NCBI GenBank assembly: GCA_030390025.1
Contig: CM059440.1
Span: 69,998,001 to 70,062,000, forward strand
Length of the DNA: 64,000 nt
Source: Squalus acanthias
Taxonomy: Eukaryota
Direction: 5' to 3'
Below are positions 62,853 through 64,000 of this stretch, piece after piece. Under the pieces are notes generated by a model. That model was not told where the DNA came from, searched no databases, and was given only the letters and a program-made list of their open reading frames with translations. Numbering within the stretch: the first letter of the stretch is position 1; the number at the start of each line of letters is the position of its first letter. The position numbers and the translations under genes are program-made.

Positions 62853-63076
62853 CAGATAGTATTCTTTTCAAAAATATTTTGGTTGCAACAAATCAGAACT
62901 CATTACACCGTTTTGTTCAAAATTGTTAACACTGGTTAAATACAAAATATGGCAGTTGTTCGGGGGGTTGGGGGGTGGGGGGAGGGGGTGGGGGGAGGGG
63001 GTGGCCGGGCTGGCGGTGGGAATCCGGTACTTCAGGCGGGAGACCAGTGGGAAATGTTCAGTCATCTCGTCGATGT

Positions 63077-63252
63077 GTGGGGAAAGTGGAGGGAGCAGGG
63101 GTTTCTCACTGACCCTCACTGTGGGGAAAGTGGAGGGAGCGGGGGTTTCTCACTGACCCTCACTGTGGGGAAAGTGGAGGGAGCGGGGGTTTCTCACTGA
63201 CCCTCACTGTGGGGAAAGTGGAGGGAGCGGCGGTTTCTTACCAACCCTCACT
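63077..63252. repeat. 44-bp G-rich minisatellite, four units
   Basis: GTGGGGAAAGTGGAGGGAGCGGGGGTTTCTCACTGACCCTCACT x4. Confidence 0.95.
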
Positions 63253-63340
63253 GAGTGAAGGTTCTGGAATTCGCAAGCGCTGCGACCTTTAGGCAGTTTG
63301 AATGTTTACTTTCCCATGCACGCAGCTAACCGCCCTAGTG

Positions 63341-64000
63341 TTTTTTTTTTGTTTTTTTTATTCGTTTATGGGATGTGGGCGTCACTGGCAAGGCCGGCAT
63401 TTATTACCCATCCCTAGTTGCCCTTGAGAAGGTGGTGGTGAGCCGCCTTCTTGAACCGCTGCAGTCCGTGTGGTGATGGTACTCCCACAGTGCTGTTAGG
63501 GAGGGAGTTCCAGGATTTTGACCCAGCGACGATGAAGGATCGGCGATATATTTCCAAGTCAGGATGGTGTGTGACTTGGAGGGGAACTTGGAGGTGGTGG
63601 TGTTCCCATGCGCCTGCTGCCCTTGTCCTTCTAAGTGGAAGAGGTCGCGGGTATGGGAAGTGCTGCCGAAGAAGCCTTGGTGAGTTGCTGCAGTGCATCT
63701 TGTAGATGGTACACACTGCAGCCACGGTACGCCGGTGGTGGATGGGGTGCCAATCAAACGGGCTGCTTTCTCCTGTATGGTGTCGAGCTTCTTGAGTGTT
63801 GTTGGAGCTGCACTCATCCAGGCAAGTGGAGAGTATTCCATCACACTCCTTACTTGTGCCTTGTAGATGGTGGAAAGGCTTTGGGGAGTCGGGAGGTGAG
63901 ACACTCGCCGCAGAATACCCAGCCTCTAACCTGCCCTTGTTGCCACAGTATTTATGTGGCTGGTCCAGTTAAGTTTCTGGTCAATGGTGACCCCCAGGAT
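63341..64000 (-). mobile_element. LINE family B 3' part (runs off the window)
   Basis: Matches 30180-30847; small internal deletion at the GGTGGTGGA direct repeat near 63735. Confidence 0.9.

Noticed and set aside
63077-63252. CRISPR array
   Set aside because: Contiguous tandem units without unique spacers

Overview
Eukaryotic, repeat-dominated genomic DNA. The repeat inventory (several CR1 subfamilies with octamer tails, L2, a second CR1/L2-group LINE, a Deu-domain tRNA SINE, Penelope-like elements, PIF/Harbinger transposons) resembles that of a cartilaginous fish, probably a shark; this is inference. No intact host protein-coding gene is recognisable, so the window looks intronic or intergenic, with a few candidate minus-strand splice signals. 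Main content: (1) two decayed autonomous Harbinger elements (DDE transposase, plus a spliced Myb/SANT gene in one) and ten non-autonomous derivatives/MITEs, most with 3-bp TSDs; (2) two Penelope-like (PLE) families carrying minimal hammerhead ribozyme motifs, including four palindromic mini-elements with back-to-back hammerheads and 13-14 bp TSDs; (3) many truncated LINEs, SINEs and a solo LTR, forming nests up to four levels deep. The most notable observations are the hammerhead palindromes, which show stem covariation within the window, and two independent Harbinger insertions at the same hammerhead cleavage triplet. Coordinates were counted by eye and may be off by a few bases.
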